From Xanthomonas campestris pv. campestris str. ATCC 33913 (GTDB taxonomy: Bacteria; Pseudomonadota; Gammaproteobacteria; Xanthomonadales; Xanthomonadaceae), in contig NC_003902.1 of assembly GCF_000007145.1 (NCBI RefSeq), forward strand, positions 757,436 to 789,435: DNA of 32,000 nucleotides. Direction: 5' to 3'. Below are positions 19,150-26,916 of the stretch, piece by piece. A model generated the notes under the pieces. The model was not told the origin of the DNA and did not search any database. It saw only the letters and a program-made list of their open reading frames with translations. Both the position numbers and the translations under genes were made by a program. Positions within the stretch are counted from its first letter, which is position 1, and every line of letters begins with the position of its first letter.

Positions 19150-19158
19150 ATCCTTCCC

Positions 19159-19584
19159 CTACATGTCGTATTTCGTGAGTTCCAGGCCCAGGGCCTTGTA
19201 CTGCTTCCAGCGTTCGCGCAGCGGTTCGCGGGCGGCGGGGTCGGCGGGCACCACTTCCAGCACGCGGTCGCAGGCGCCCAGGTACGGGTCGTCGCGCAGG
19301 TTGATCACCAGCGGGCGCGAGGGCGCGGCGAACTCGGGCGTTGCGATCAGCACCGGCGCCAGTTCGTCTTCCTCATCGGTGCCGGCGATCTGGTGCGGCA
19401 CATAGGCTTCGTCGTCGAACGCCCACAACAGGTCATCCAGCGCCTCGGCCTGTGCGGCATCGCGCGCCAGGATCAGCGTGGACAGGTTGGCATCGTTGGC
19501 CTTGCGCGCCAGCTCGCAGACCAGCCGCAGCGGTTCGTCGAGGAAGCGCGGTTTGGCGATCAGGTAAAAGTCGGCACGGGGCAT
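19159..19584 (-). CDS. holC: DNA polymerase III chi subunit
   Basis: 141 aa. MPRADFYLIAKPRFLDEPLRLVCELARKA...LWAFDDEAYVPHQ. Located immediately downstream of pepA, as in E. coli. Confidence 0.9.
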   Translation of the reverse strand: MPRADFYLIAKPRFLDEPLRLVCELARKANDANLSTLILARDAAQAEALDDLLWAFDDEAYVPHQIAGTDEEDELAPVLIATPEFAAPSRPLVINLRDDPYLGACDRVLEVVPADPAAREPLRERWKQYKALGLELTKYDM

Positions 19585-19586
19585 CA

Positions 19587-19707
19587 GGGCAGGGAATCGG
19601 GAGAGGAGAGTTGGGAATGGTCACGGCACCGCCGCGACCTCGAAGGTCGCGGCGGTGCCTGAAAGGAAAGGGCTTTCACGATTCCCTATTCCCGATTTTC
19701 AATTCCC
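19587..19707. repeat. Palindromic heptamer-repeat element (GGGAATC ... GATTCCC type) with central perfect hairpin
   Basis: Left arm gggcagggaatcgggagaggagagttgggaatgg. Centre ggcaccgccgcgacc-tcgaa-ggtcgcggcggtgcc, a 15-bp perfect stem at 19625-19659. Right arm attccctattcccgattttcaattccc, which overlaps the pepA stop and its last two codons. Confidence 0.65.
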
Positions 19708-21180
19708 ACCTTCGGCGCGGTCCAGCAACCACTGGGTCAGCAGGCCGACCGGGCGGCCGGTGGCCATGCCGCGCTTGCCTTCGTCGCTGGCCACGCCGGC
19801 GATGTCCAGATGCGCCCAGCGCTGGTTTTCGGTGAAGCGCGACAGGAAGCAGCCGGCGGTGATCGCGCCACCCCAGCGGCCGCCGATGTTGTAGACGTCG
19901 GCGAAGGTGGAATCCAGCAGGCCCTGGTATTCGTCCCACAGCGGCAGGCGCCAGGCGCGGTCGAACACGTGCTCGCCGGCGGCCAGCAGTTCATTGGCCA
20001 GATCGTCGTGCTTGCTCATCAATCCGGCGGTCTGGTGGCCCAGGGCCACCATGCAGGCGCCGGTCAGCGTGGCCACGTCCACCAGCGCTTCGGGGTTGAA
20101 GCGCTCGGCGTAGGTCAGCGCATCGCACAGGATCAGGCGGCCTTCGGCGTCGGTGTTGCCGACCTCGATGGTCTTGCCGGACATGCTGGTGATCACGTCC
20201 GAGGGACGATAGGCATTGCCGTCGATGGCGTTTTCCACCGCCGGCACCACCACCACCAGGTTGATCGGCAGCTCGGCCTTGACCGTGGCCACGAAGGTGC
20301 CGATGACGTTGGCGCCGCCGCACATGTCGTACTTCATTTCCTCGATGCCGCCCTGCGTCTTGAGGTTGACGCCACCGGTATCGAAGGTGATGCCCTTGCC
20401 GACCAGCACGTAGGGGCGCGCCTCGCCGCCGCCGTTCCACTTCAGCACGATCAGGCGCGGGCGGTTGGCCGAGCCACGCGCCACCGACAACAGCGAGCCC
20501 ATGCCCAGCGCTTCCATCTGCTGCTCGTCCAGGATCTCGGCCTCGGCGCCGGGGAACTTGCCGGCGAAGGCGGCCGCGGTCTCGGCCAGGTAGGCCGGGG
20601 TGCAGTAGTTCGGCGGCAGGTTGCCCAGCTCGCGGGCGAACTCCACGCCTTCGGCGGTGGCGATACCCACGGCCAGGGCGCGGGCGTCGTCGCCGGCGAT
20701 CGCCAGGGTGGTCAGGCCGGTGTCGTCGACCTTCTTCTTGCCCAGCGTGGCGGTGTAGCGGTAGGCGGCATGGTCGCTGACGATGACGGCCTGGCGGATG
20801 TTCCAGGCTGCGTCGCGTGCCTTGACGGGCAGTTCGGTCAGGGTGAGCAGGGCGGTGCCGATCGGGCCGGTCTTCAATGCGCGGGCCGCATCGCCGATGG
20901 CCTTGAGGTAGGGCGCCACGCCAAACTTGGCGGCATCGCCCAGGCCCACCACCAGCACGCGCGGGGCCTGCACGCCGGGCAGGTCATGCACCAGGCTGGT
21001 GGTGCCGGTCTTGGTGGCCACATCGCCCCGTGCCACCAGCGCCGTCAGGCGGCCCTGGCTGGCGCTGTCCAGCGCCTGGGCAGCGGGCGAGAGGGTCTTG
21101 TCGGCGAACGCGCCAACCACGATGCAGTCGACGTGGGCGCTTGCCGGCGCGTCTTGGTTCAGGGTGAATTGCAGGGCCAT
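19699..21180 (-). CDS. pepA: Leucyl aminopeptidase
   Basis: 493 aa. M17 family signature [14 protein letters not shown] and [10 protein letters not shown]. Confidence 0.97.
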   Translation of the reverse strand: MALQFTLNQDAPASAHVDCIVVGAFADKTLSPAAQALDSASQGRLTALVARGDVATKTGTTSLVHDLPGVQAPRVLVVGLGDAAKFGVAPYLKAIGDAARALKTGPIGTALLTLTELPVKARDAAWNIRQAVIVSDHAAYRYTATLGKKKVDDTGLTTLAIAGDDARALAVGIATAEGVEFARELGNLPPNYCTPAYLAETAAAFAGKFPGAEAEILDEQQMEALGMGSLLSVARGSANRPRLIVLKWNGGGEARPYVLVGKGITFDTGGVNLKTQGGIEEMKYDMCGGANVIGTFVATVKAELPINLVVVVPAVENAIDGNAYRPSDVITSMSGKTIEVGNTDAEGRLILCDALTYAERFNPEALVDVATLTGACMVALGHQTAGLMSKHDDLANELLAAGEHVFDRAWRLPLWDEYQGLLDSTFADVYNIGGRWGGAITAGCFLSRFTENQRWAHLDIAGVASDEGKRGMATGRPVGLLTQWLLDRAEGGN

Positions 21181-21287
21181 TGATCAGATTCCGTAGGCAA
21201 ATCCGTACAATCGCGGGCTGTTTACGCCAACCTGACTAGGCTGGCGGCGCCGCGAACGAATCCGAGAGTTTAAAACAAGCCCACCCT

Positions 21288-22370
21288 ATGCCGAAGCTCG
21301 ATCGATATCTGCTTAGCGATTTCACCCAGAGCTTCCTGGCAACCCTCATCGTGCTGCTGGTCGTGAGCGTGGGCGGGGTGCTAGTGGATATCCTCGGCAA
21401 TATTGCCGATGGCCGTATCCCCGCGCGGTTGCTGCTGTCCCAGGTGGGTCTGCAATTCGTTGCCTACCTGCCGATCATCCTGCCGCTGGCGCTGATGCTG
21501 GGCCTGCTGCTGGCGCTGGCGCGGCTGTACCGCGATTCAGAAATGGCGGTCATCACGGCGATTGGCATCGGCCCGCGGCGCATGCTGCGCCCGATCCTGT
21601 GGCTGGTGGTGCCGGTGGTGGTGGTGATTGGCGCCTGCTCGTTGTGGCTGGGCCCCTGGGCCAGCCGCACCGCCGAGCTGATGCTGGAAGACGCCAACCG
21701 CAGCGTGGTGATGGCCGGCCTGGAATCGGGCAAGTTCACCCCGTTGTCCGGCGGCGGCGTGGTCTACCTGACCACCATCTCCCCCGACGGCAAGGGCCTG
21801 GGCAAGGTCTTCATGCAGCGCCAGAAGGATGACCGCATCGACGTGGTCACCGCCGAGCGCGGCGCCATGTTCTTCGAGGGCAAGACCGACCGCTACCTGC
21901 GCCTGGAAGATGGCCATCGCATCGAAGGCCCGGCTGGTGCGCAAGGCCTGGACTACCGCTTGATGACCTTCGCCAGCAACGATGTGGCCCTGCCGGACCG
22001 CACCAAGGCGCACGACGCCAACGACCCGGAAGTGATGTCCACGTTCAAGCTCATCGGGGATGCGCGGCCGATCGCGCGCGCCGAGCTGCACCGGCGCCTT
22101 GCCCCGCCGCTGCTGGCGCTGGCCTTCGCATTGCTGACCCTGCCGCTGTCGCGCAGTGCGCCGCGGCAGCAGCGCTACGGCCGCATCATGCTGGCGTTTC
22201 TGGCCTACCTGGTCGGCACCAACCTGATGATCGTCGGCACCCAGTGGATCGCCAACGGCAAGGTGCCGGGCGCGCTTGGGCTGTGGTGGCTCACGCTGCC
22301 GCTGCTGGCGGTATCGATCTGGGCCTATGCCCGCGATGGCCGGTTGTCGCGGCCGAGGGCGCGCGCATGA
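21288..22370 (+). CDS. lptF: LPS export ABC permease LptF
   Basis: 360 aa. MPKLDRYLLSDFTQSFL... with the YjgP/YjgQ topology. Divergent from pepA, as in E. coli. Confidence 0.9.
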   Translation: MPKLDRYLLSDFTQSFLATLIVLLVVSVGGVLVDILGNIADGRIPARLLLSQVGLQFVAYLPIILPLALMLGLLLALARLYRDSEMAVITAIGIGPRRMLRPILWLVVPVVVVIGACSLWLGPWASRTAELMLEDANRSVVMAGLESGKFTPLSGGGVVYLTTISPDGKGLGKVFMQRQKDDRIDVVTAERGAMFFEGKTDRYLRLEDGHRIEGPAGAQGLDYRLMTFASNDVALPDRTKAHDANDPEVMSTFKLIGDARPIARAELHRRLAPPLLALAFALLTLPLSRSAPRQQRYGRIMLAFLAYLVGTNLMIVGTQWIANGKVPGALGLWWLTLPLLAVSIWAYARDGRLSRPRARA

Positions 22371-23473
22371 AGCTGATGCCGCGGGTCCATGACTGGTATG
22401 TGGGGCGCGCCGTGCTGTTCACGGTGCTGCTGACCTGGGCCGTGCTGCTGGGCCTGGACGTGGTCAACGCGTTTGCCAGCGAGGCCAAGAGTATCGGCCA
22501 GGGCAGTTACAGCTTTGGCCATGCCATCGCCTTTGTCGCCTACACGGTGCCGCGCCGGGCCTACACCTTGTTCCCGACCGCGGCGGTGATCGGCGCGCTG
22601 ATGGGCCTGGGCCAGCTGGCGGCGACCTCCGAGCTGACCGCGTTGCGGGCGCTGGGCGTGTCGCGCAAGCGCATGTCTGCCTCGGTCGTGGTGGCGATGG
22701 CCTTGCTCACCGCGACCATGGTAATCAGCGGCGAGACCGTGGGCCCGTGGGCACAGAGTCAGGCCGATACGCTCAAGACCAGCGCCCGCTATCAGAGCGA
22801 TATGACCTCGGCACGGTATTCCGGCCTGTGGGCGCGCGAAGGCGATACGTTCCTCAATGCACTCAGTGGCGAGGAACAGTTGCTGGACAATGGCGGAACT
22901 GCGTTGACCCTGCACGACGTGCGGCTTTACCACCTCGATGCAAACGGGCAGATGCAGCAACTGACCTACGCCGCGGTCGCCGAGCACCGTGAGGGCCGCT
23001 GGACGCTGCGTCAGGTGCGCCGTGATACCTTTCAGGCACGATCCGTGCAGCGCGAGACCTTCCCCGAATTGCCGTGGCAGTCGCAGCTCAACCCCAAGGC
23101 GCTGGCGGCCGGCCTGGCCAAGCCGCGCAACCTGTCTGTACATGATCTGGGGCAGAGCATCGAGTATCGCCGTCGCAACGGCCTTGATGCCAGCGATTAC
23201 GAAGATCAGTACTGGAGCCGCTGGTTCTACCCGCTCAACGTGCTGGCGCTGTGTCTGGCGGCGATCCCGTTCTCGTTCGGTTCGTTGCGCAGCGGCGGCC
23301 TGGGCAAGCGCTTGTTCCTGGGCATCCTGTTCGCGCTGGGCTTCTGGCTGCTGCAGCTGTTTTTCGGACGCATGGCCGGTGCGCTCAAGCTCGACTACCG
23401 CATCGCCTATGCCTTGCCGCCCATGGTGATGCTGGGAGTCTCGGCGTGGTTGTTCCGGCGGCGCAGCAGCTGA
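22367..23473 (+). CDS. lptG: LPS export ABC permease LptG
   Basis: 368 aa from ATG 22367, overlapping the lptF stop (ATGA). MKLMPRVHDWYVGRAVLFTVLL..., YjgP/YjgQ family. Confidence 0.9.
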   Translation: MKLMPRVHDWYVGRAVLFTVLLTWAVLLGLDVVNAFASEAKSIGQGSYSFGHAIAFVAYTVPRRAYTLFPTAAVIGALMGLGQLAATSELTALRALGVSRKRMSASVVVAMALLTATMVISGETVGPWAQSQADTLKTSARYQSDMTSARYSGLWAREGDTFLNALSGEEQLLDNGGTALTLHDVRLYHLDANGQMQQLTYAAVAEHREGRWTLRQVRRDTFQARSVQRETFPELPWQSQLNPKALAAGLAKPRNLSVHDLGQSIEYRRRNGLDASDYEDQYWSRWFYPLNVLALCLAAIPFSFGSLRSGGLGKRLFLGILFALGFWLLQLFFGRMAGALKLDYRIAYALPPMVMLGVSAWLFRRRSS

Positions 23474-23805
23474 TGCGCAAGCGCTGGCTGAGTGTTTTCG
23501 GCCTGGTGCTGTGCGTGCCGTACGCTGTCCTGATCGTGCAGTGCCTGCGTTGGGCACACGATCCGCAGGTCGATTACAAAAGCCGGTTGGTGTGGAAGCA
23601 GTTACCGGTGCTGCTGCAGTCGATGGTCGCAGAAGGCCTGGGCCTGACAGTGCTGCTGGGTTGGCTTCCCTGGGCAATGGCCTATGTGCTGATGGCGGCG
23701 CCCATGTTCGTGGGGCTCTACCTGTTGGGTAAGGTGGTGGAAGACACCATCAGAGGTCATCACCCGTTTTGGAAGGATGCTTCCAACCCCGGTGCAGACA
23801 AGTAG
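23473..23805 (+). CDS. Hypothetical small membrane protein (about 3 TM)
   Basis: 110 aa. The ATG overlaps the lptG stop (TGATG). Three hydrophobic segments. GC3 bias is weaker than in neighbouring genes and no family was recognised. Confidence 0.45.
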   Translation: MRKRWLSVFGLVLCVPYAVLIVQCLRWAHDPQVDYKSRLVWKQLPVLLQSMVAEGLGLTVLLGWLPWAMAYVLMAAPMFVGLYLLGKVVEDTIRGHHPFWKDASNPGADK

Positions 23806-24012
23806 TGAGTTGGGCGCCTCGTTTCCGTGTTTGACAGACGTGCAAACGCGCTGGGTGACACGGTGCAGTGCACGGCCATGCGCCTTGATCGGGTAGTTGG
23901 GCCGTCGAACTGGCACGGTTTTAGCCACCGGCAAGTATAGTTGCGCGGCCGCCGCGTCCCGCTGCGACGGCAGGCGTCCAGGCGGCACCTAACCTCACGC
24001 TGCCCGGGAACG

Positions 24013-24480
24013 TCAGGTCGGTTTTTTTGCGATCCGCTGCAGCCTGGTGCCACTCGCGCGGTCATGCCAGGTCAGCCGGTCGCGATCCAGCCATGCCCAC
24101 CAGAATCCCACGCCGCCCAGGGCCAGCGACAGCGTGCCGACGGCATAGCGGATCCACAACGCGCGCCAGCAGGCTTGCGGGCCGGTCAATGACAGTCGCC
24201 ACGGGCGCATGCCCAGCGTCTGGCCCCCATGGCGCCAACTCACCGTGGCGTAGACACCCGCCGCAATCCAGCAGCACAGCCACAACAGCCACTGCCAGCC
24301 GCTGAAAGGGGCGATGTTCTCGCGCGCCGGATGCCCGGCCAGGGTGAACCCCAGCGTGAAGCCGGCCGAAAGCATCATCCATAGCGCCAGCACCGGCCAG
24401 GCGTCGTAGCACAGTGCCAGCAGTCGCCAGCCCACCAGAGCAGGTGCGCGTGCGGTCAGCGGGGCAGGGATCGAGGTCAT
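24013..24480 (-). CDS. RDD-family membrane protein
   Basis: 155 aa from ATG 24480 (MTSIPAPLTARAPALVGWRLLALCYDAWP...). Ends with ...LDRDRLTWHDRASGTRL, typical RDD-domain residues. The longer track ORF over-extends into the xerD promoter region. Confidence 0.7.
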   Translation of the reverse strand: MTSIPAPLTARAPALVGWRLLALCYDAWPVLALWMMLSAGFTLGFTLAGHPARENIAPFSGWQWLLWLCCWIAAGVYATVSWRHGGQTLGMRPWRLSLTGPQACWRALWIRYAVGTLSLALGGVGFWWAWLDRDRLTWHDRASGTRLQRIAKKPT

Positions 24481-24567
24481 GCACGCGAGCATAGCCGGCG
24501 CGGGCGATCGGGCAAGCGGGCGATGCGGGGCTACCGTCAGCGCAGCGGCAGGCCCTAAGCTTGGGCG

Positions 24568-25539
24568 ATGTCTGCCAGCAGTCCCGCCGAACGCCGCCAA
24601 CGTGCCCAGCAACTGCCGCCCCTGCGGGCGGAGGACGATCAGGCGATCCAGCGCTTCCTGGATCGGTTGTGGGCCGAACAGGGCGTGGCGCGCCAGACCC
24701 TGGACAGCTATCGGCGCGATCTGGAAGGGCTGGCGCGATGGCGCGATGGCGCCGGCGGTGGCCTGCAGGGCGCCGACCGCAGCGCGCTATTCGACTATCT
24801 GCGCTGGCGCACCGAGGCGCGCTACGCGCCGCGCAGCAATGCGCGCCTGCTCTCGACCCTGCGCGGCTTCTACGCGCTGTGCCTGCGCGATGGCGTGCGC
24901 AGCGACGACCCTACCGCGCTGCTGGATCCGCCGCGCTTGCCGCGCTCGCTGCCCAAGGCCCTGACCGAAAGCCAGATCGATGCGCTGCTGGCGGCCCCGG
25001 AGATCGGCACGCCGCTGGGCCTGCGCGATCGCGCCATGCTCGAACTCATGTATGCGGCCGGCCTGCGCGTCAGCGAGCTGGTCACGCTGCCGGCCGTGGC
25101 GATCAACCTGCGCCAGGGCGTGCTGCGGGTCACCGGCAAGGGCAGCAAGGAACGGCTGGTGCCGCTGGGCGAGGAGTCCCAGCACTGGCTGGAACGTTAT
25201 CTGGAGACCGCGCGGCCCACGTTGTCCGAACGCAAGGCGGTGCCAGCGGTGGACGGGCAGGTCCCCCTGTTCATCGACGCCGCGCGCCGGCCGCTGAGCC
25301 GCCAGCAGTTCTGGGGCCTGGTCAAACGCTATGCAGCGGTTGCCGGCATCGACCCGGACACGGTCAGCCCGCATGGTTTGCGGCACAGTTTTGCCACCCA
25401 TCTGCTCAATCACGGCGCCGACCTGCGCGCGCTGCAGATGCTGCTGGGGCACAGTTCGCTCTCCACCACCCAGATCTACACGCTGGTGGCGCGCCAGCAT
25501 CTGCAGACCTTGCACGCCCGGCATCATCCGCGCGGCTGA
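24568..25539 (+). CDS. xerD: Site-specific tyrosine recombinase XerD
   Basis: 323 aa. Catalytic [12 protein letters not shown] and [14 protein letters not shown]. The C-terminal LHARHHPRG matches the XerD-type C-terminus. Followed by dsbC, as in E. coli. Confidence 0.92.
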   Translation: MSASSPAERRQRAQQLPPLRAEDDQAIQRFLDRLWAEQGVARQTLDSYRRDLEGLARWRDGAGGGLQGADRSALFDYLRWRTEARYAPRSNARLLSTLRGFYALCLRDGVRSDDPTALLDPPRLPRSLPKALTESQIDALLAAPEIGTPLGLRDRAMLELMYAAGLRVSELVTLPAVAINLRQGVLRVTGKGSKERLVPLGEESQHWLERYLETARPTLSERKAVPAVDGQVPLFIDAARRPLSRQQFWGLVKRYAAVAGIDPDTVSPHGLRHSFATHLLNHGADLRALQMLLGHSSLSTTQIYTLVARQHLQTLHARHHPRG

Positions 25540-25790
25540 TGCCGCGATTGCGAGCGGTGCGGTGGCTGCGAGCGGTTGCCGCAGCCAGCTAGGCCTTCCC
25601 GATGCTCCCGACCGGTGCGGCACTTACGCTTCGCTCCGGCCGCGTCGCAGTTCGCCTCTGGGCGCTTCGATCCGCCCGCCATTGCATCGGGCGCATGCGC
25701 GGCGCCTGCAACGAAGCGGTCCAGCGAACGCGGCCAAGCTTCATCCGCGCTGTGCGAGAATCGCGCCATCCCACTGCACTGGATGCGTGA

Positions 25791-26585
25791 ATGTATCGTC
25801 TTGCCATCGCCGCATTGCTCGGCGCGATCAGCCTTACCGCCTGCGCGCAGTCTTCGCAGCCGGCCGCGAGCAACACCGCCGCCAAGCCTGCCGCCGCACC
25901 GGCCACGGGCAATGTGGACCAGCGCGTGGGCGCCGCGCTCAAGGCGCTGGACCCGGATTTCAAGCCGGACTACATCGGCGCGGCCCCGTTCCCGGGCTTC
26001 CGCGAAGTGGTCGTCGGCGGGCAGGTGCTGTACGTCAGCGATGACGGCCGGTACCTGATCCAGGCGCAGCCGTTCGACATCCAGAACAAGCAGTTCGCCG
26101 CCAGCGAGGGCCTGCTGGCCTACCGCCGCAAGCAGCTGCAGACCGTTCCCAAGGCCGACCGCATCGTGTTCGCGCCGGCCAACCCGAAGTACACCGTGAC
26201 GGTGTTCACCGATGTGGAATGCGGCTACTGCCGCAAGCTGCACAGCGAGATCGGTGAGCTCAACAAGCAGGGCATCGCGGTGGAATATCTGGCCTTCCCG
26301 CGCATGGGCCTGGGCAGCCAGGACCACAAGGAAATGATCGCGGTGTGGTGCGCAGCCGACCGCAAGCAGGCGCTCACCGCGGCCAAGTCCGGCCAGCCGG
26401 TCAACGCCAAGGACTGCAAGAACCCGGTGTCGATGGAGTACACCCTGGGCCAGCGCCTGGGCGTGAACGGCACCCCGGCGATCTTCGCGCCCGACGGCAC
26501 CCAGCTGGGTGGCTACCTGCCGCCGGCACAGCTGCGCGAGGCGCTGGAAAAGCGCGCGGTCACCACGGCGGGCGGCAGCCGCTAA
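25791..26585 (+). CDS. dsbC: Thiol:disulfide interchange protein DsbC-like, with lipobox
   Basis: 264 aa. Active site CGYC inside a thioredoxin fold (VFTDVECGYCRKLH). N-terminal dimerisation-like domain. Signal sequence ends in LTAC. Confidence 0.85.
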   Translation: MYRLAIAALLGAISLTACAQSSQPAASNTAAKPAAAPATGNVDQRVGAALKALDPDFKPDYIGAAPFPGFREVVVGGQVLYVSDDGRYLIQAQPFDIQNKQFAASEGLLAYRRKQLQTVPKADRIVFAPANPKYTVTVFTDVECGYCRKLHSEIGELNKQGIAVEYLAFPRMGLGSQDHKEMIAVWCAADRKQALTAAKSGQPVNAKDCKNPVSMEYTLGQRLGVNGTPAIFAPDGTQLGGYLPPAQLREALEKRAVTTAGGSR

Positions 26586-26650
26586 GGGCGGTCATGCCGG
26601 GCCAAGCCCGGTAGCGCACGACCGCGGTCTCTGGCCGCGGGACATCAACG

Positions 26651-26683
26651 AAGGCCGGGATGCATGAGTGTCCCGGCCTTTGT
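26651..26683 (+). terminator. dsbC rho-independent terminator
   Basis: aaggccggga-(10-nt loop)-tcccggcctt followed by tgtg: a 10-bp stem 65 nt after the stop. Confidence 0.6.
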
Positions 26684-26916
26684 GCTGTCTGGGCTGCACG
26701 CATGCGCACTTGCCCGCTGCGTGTTGTGTAGGGCATGGGCTGAGGCCAGGTTGAGACCAAGCTCGCCTGGCCGGCCACAGCAGGCCGCAGCGACGGGTCT
26801 ACAGAAGCTCCGCAGCCCGCCTGATCGGCCGGAACGCGGCAAAGGCGCCCGGTCGGCGCCGGCCGGCCAACCTCCGTTACAATAATCGGCCCCGTTTCTG
26901 ACACGGTTCCCCGGAC

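Larger units (their letters stand above)
17136..19158 (-). other. Low-GC two-gene islet inserted between holC and valS
   Basis: Sampled 60-nt lines are about 47-48% GC against about 65% in the flanks. The two ORFs have codon usage unlike their neighbours. The islet interrupts the valS-holC-pepA block that is contiguous in E. coli. Confidence 0.7.

Noticed and set aside
19810-21183. 457-aa plus-strand ORF
   Set aside because: It is antisense to pepA, which carries the M17 NTDAEGRL signature. Shadow ORF.
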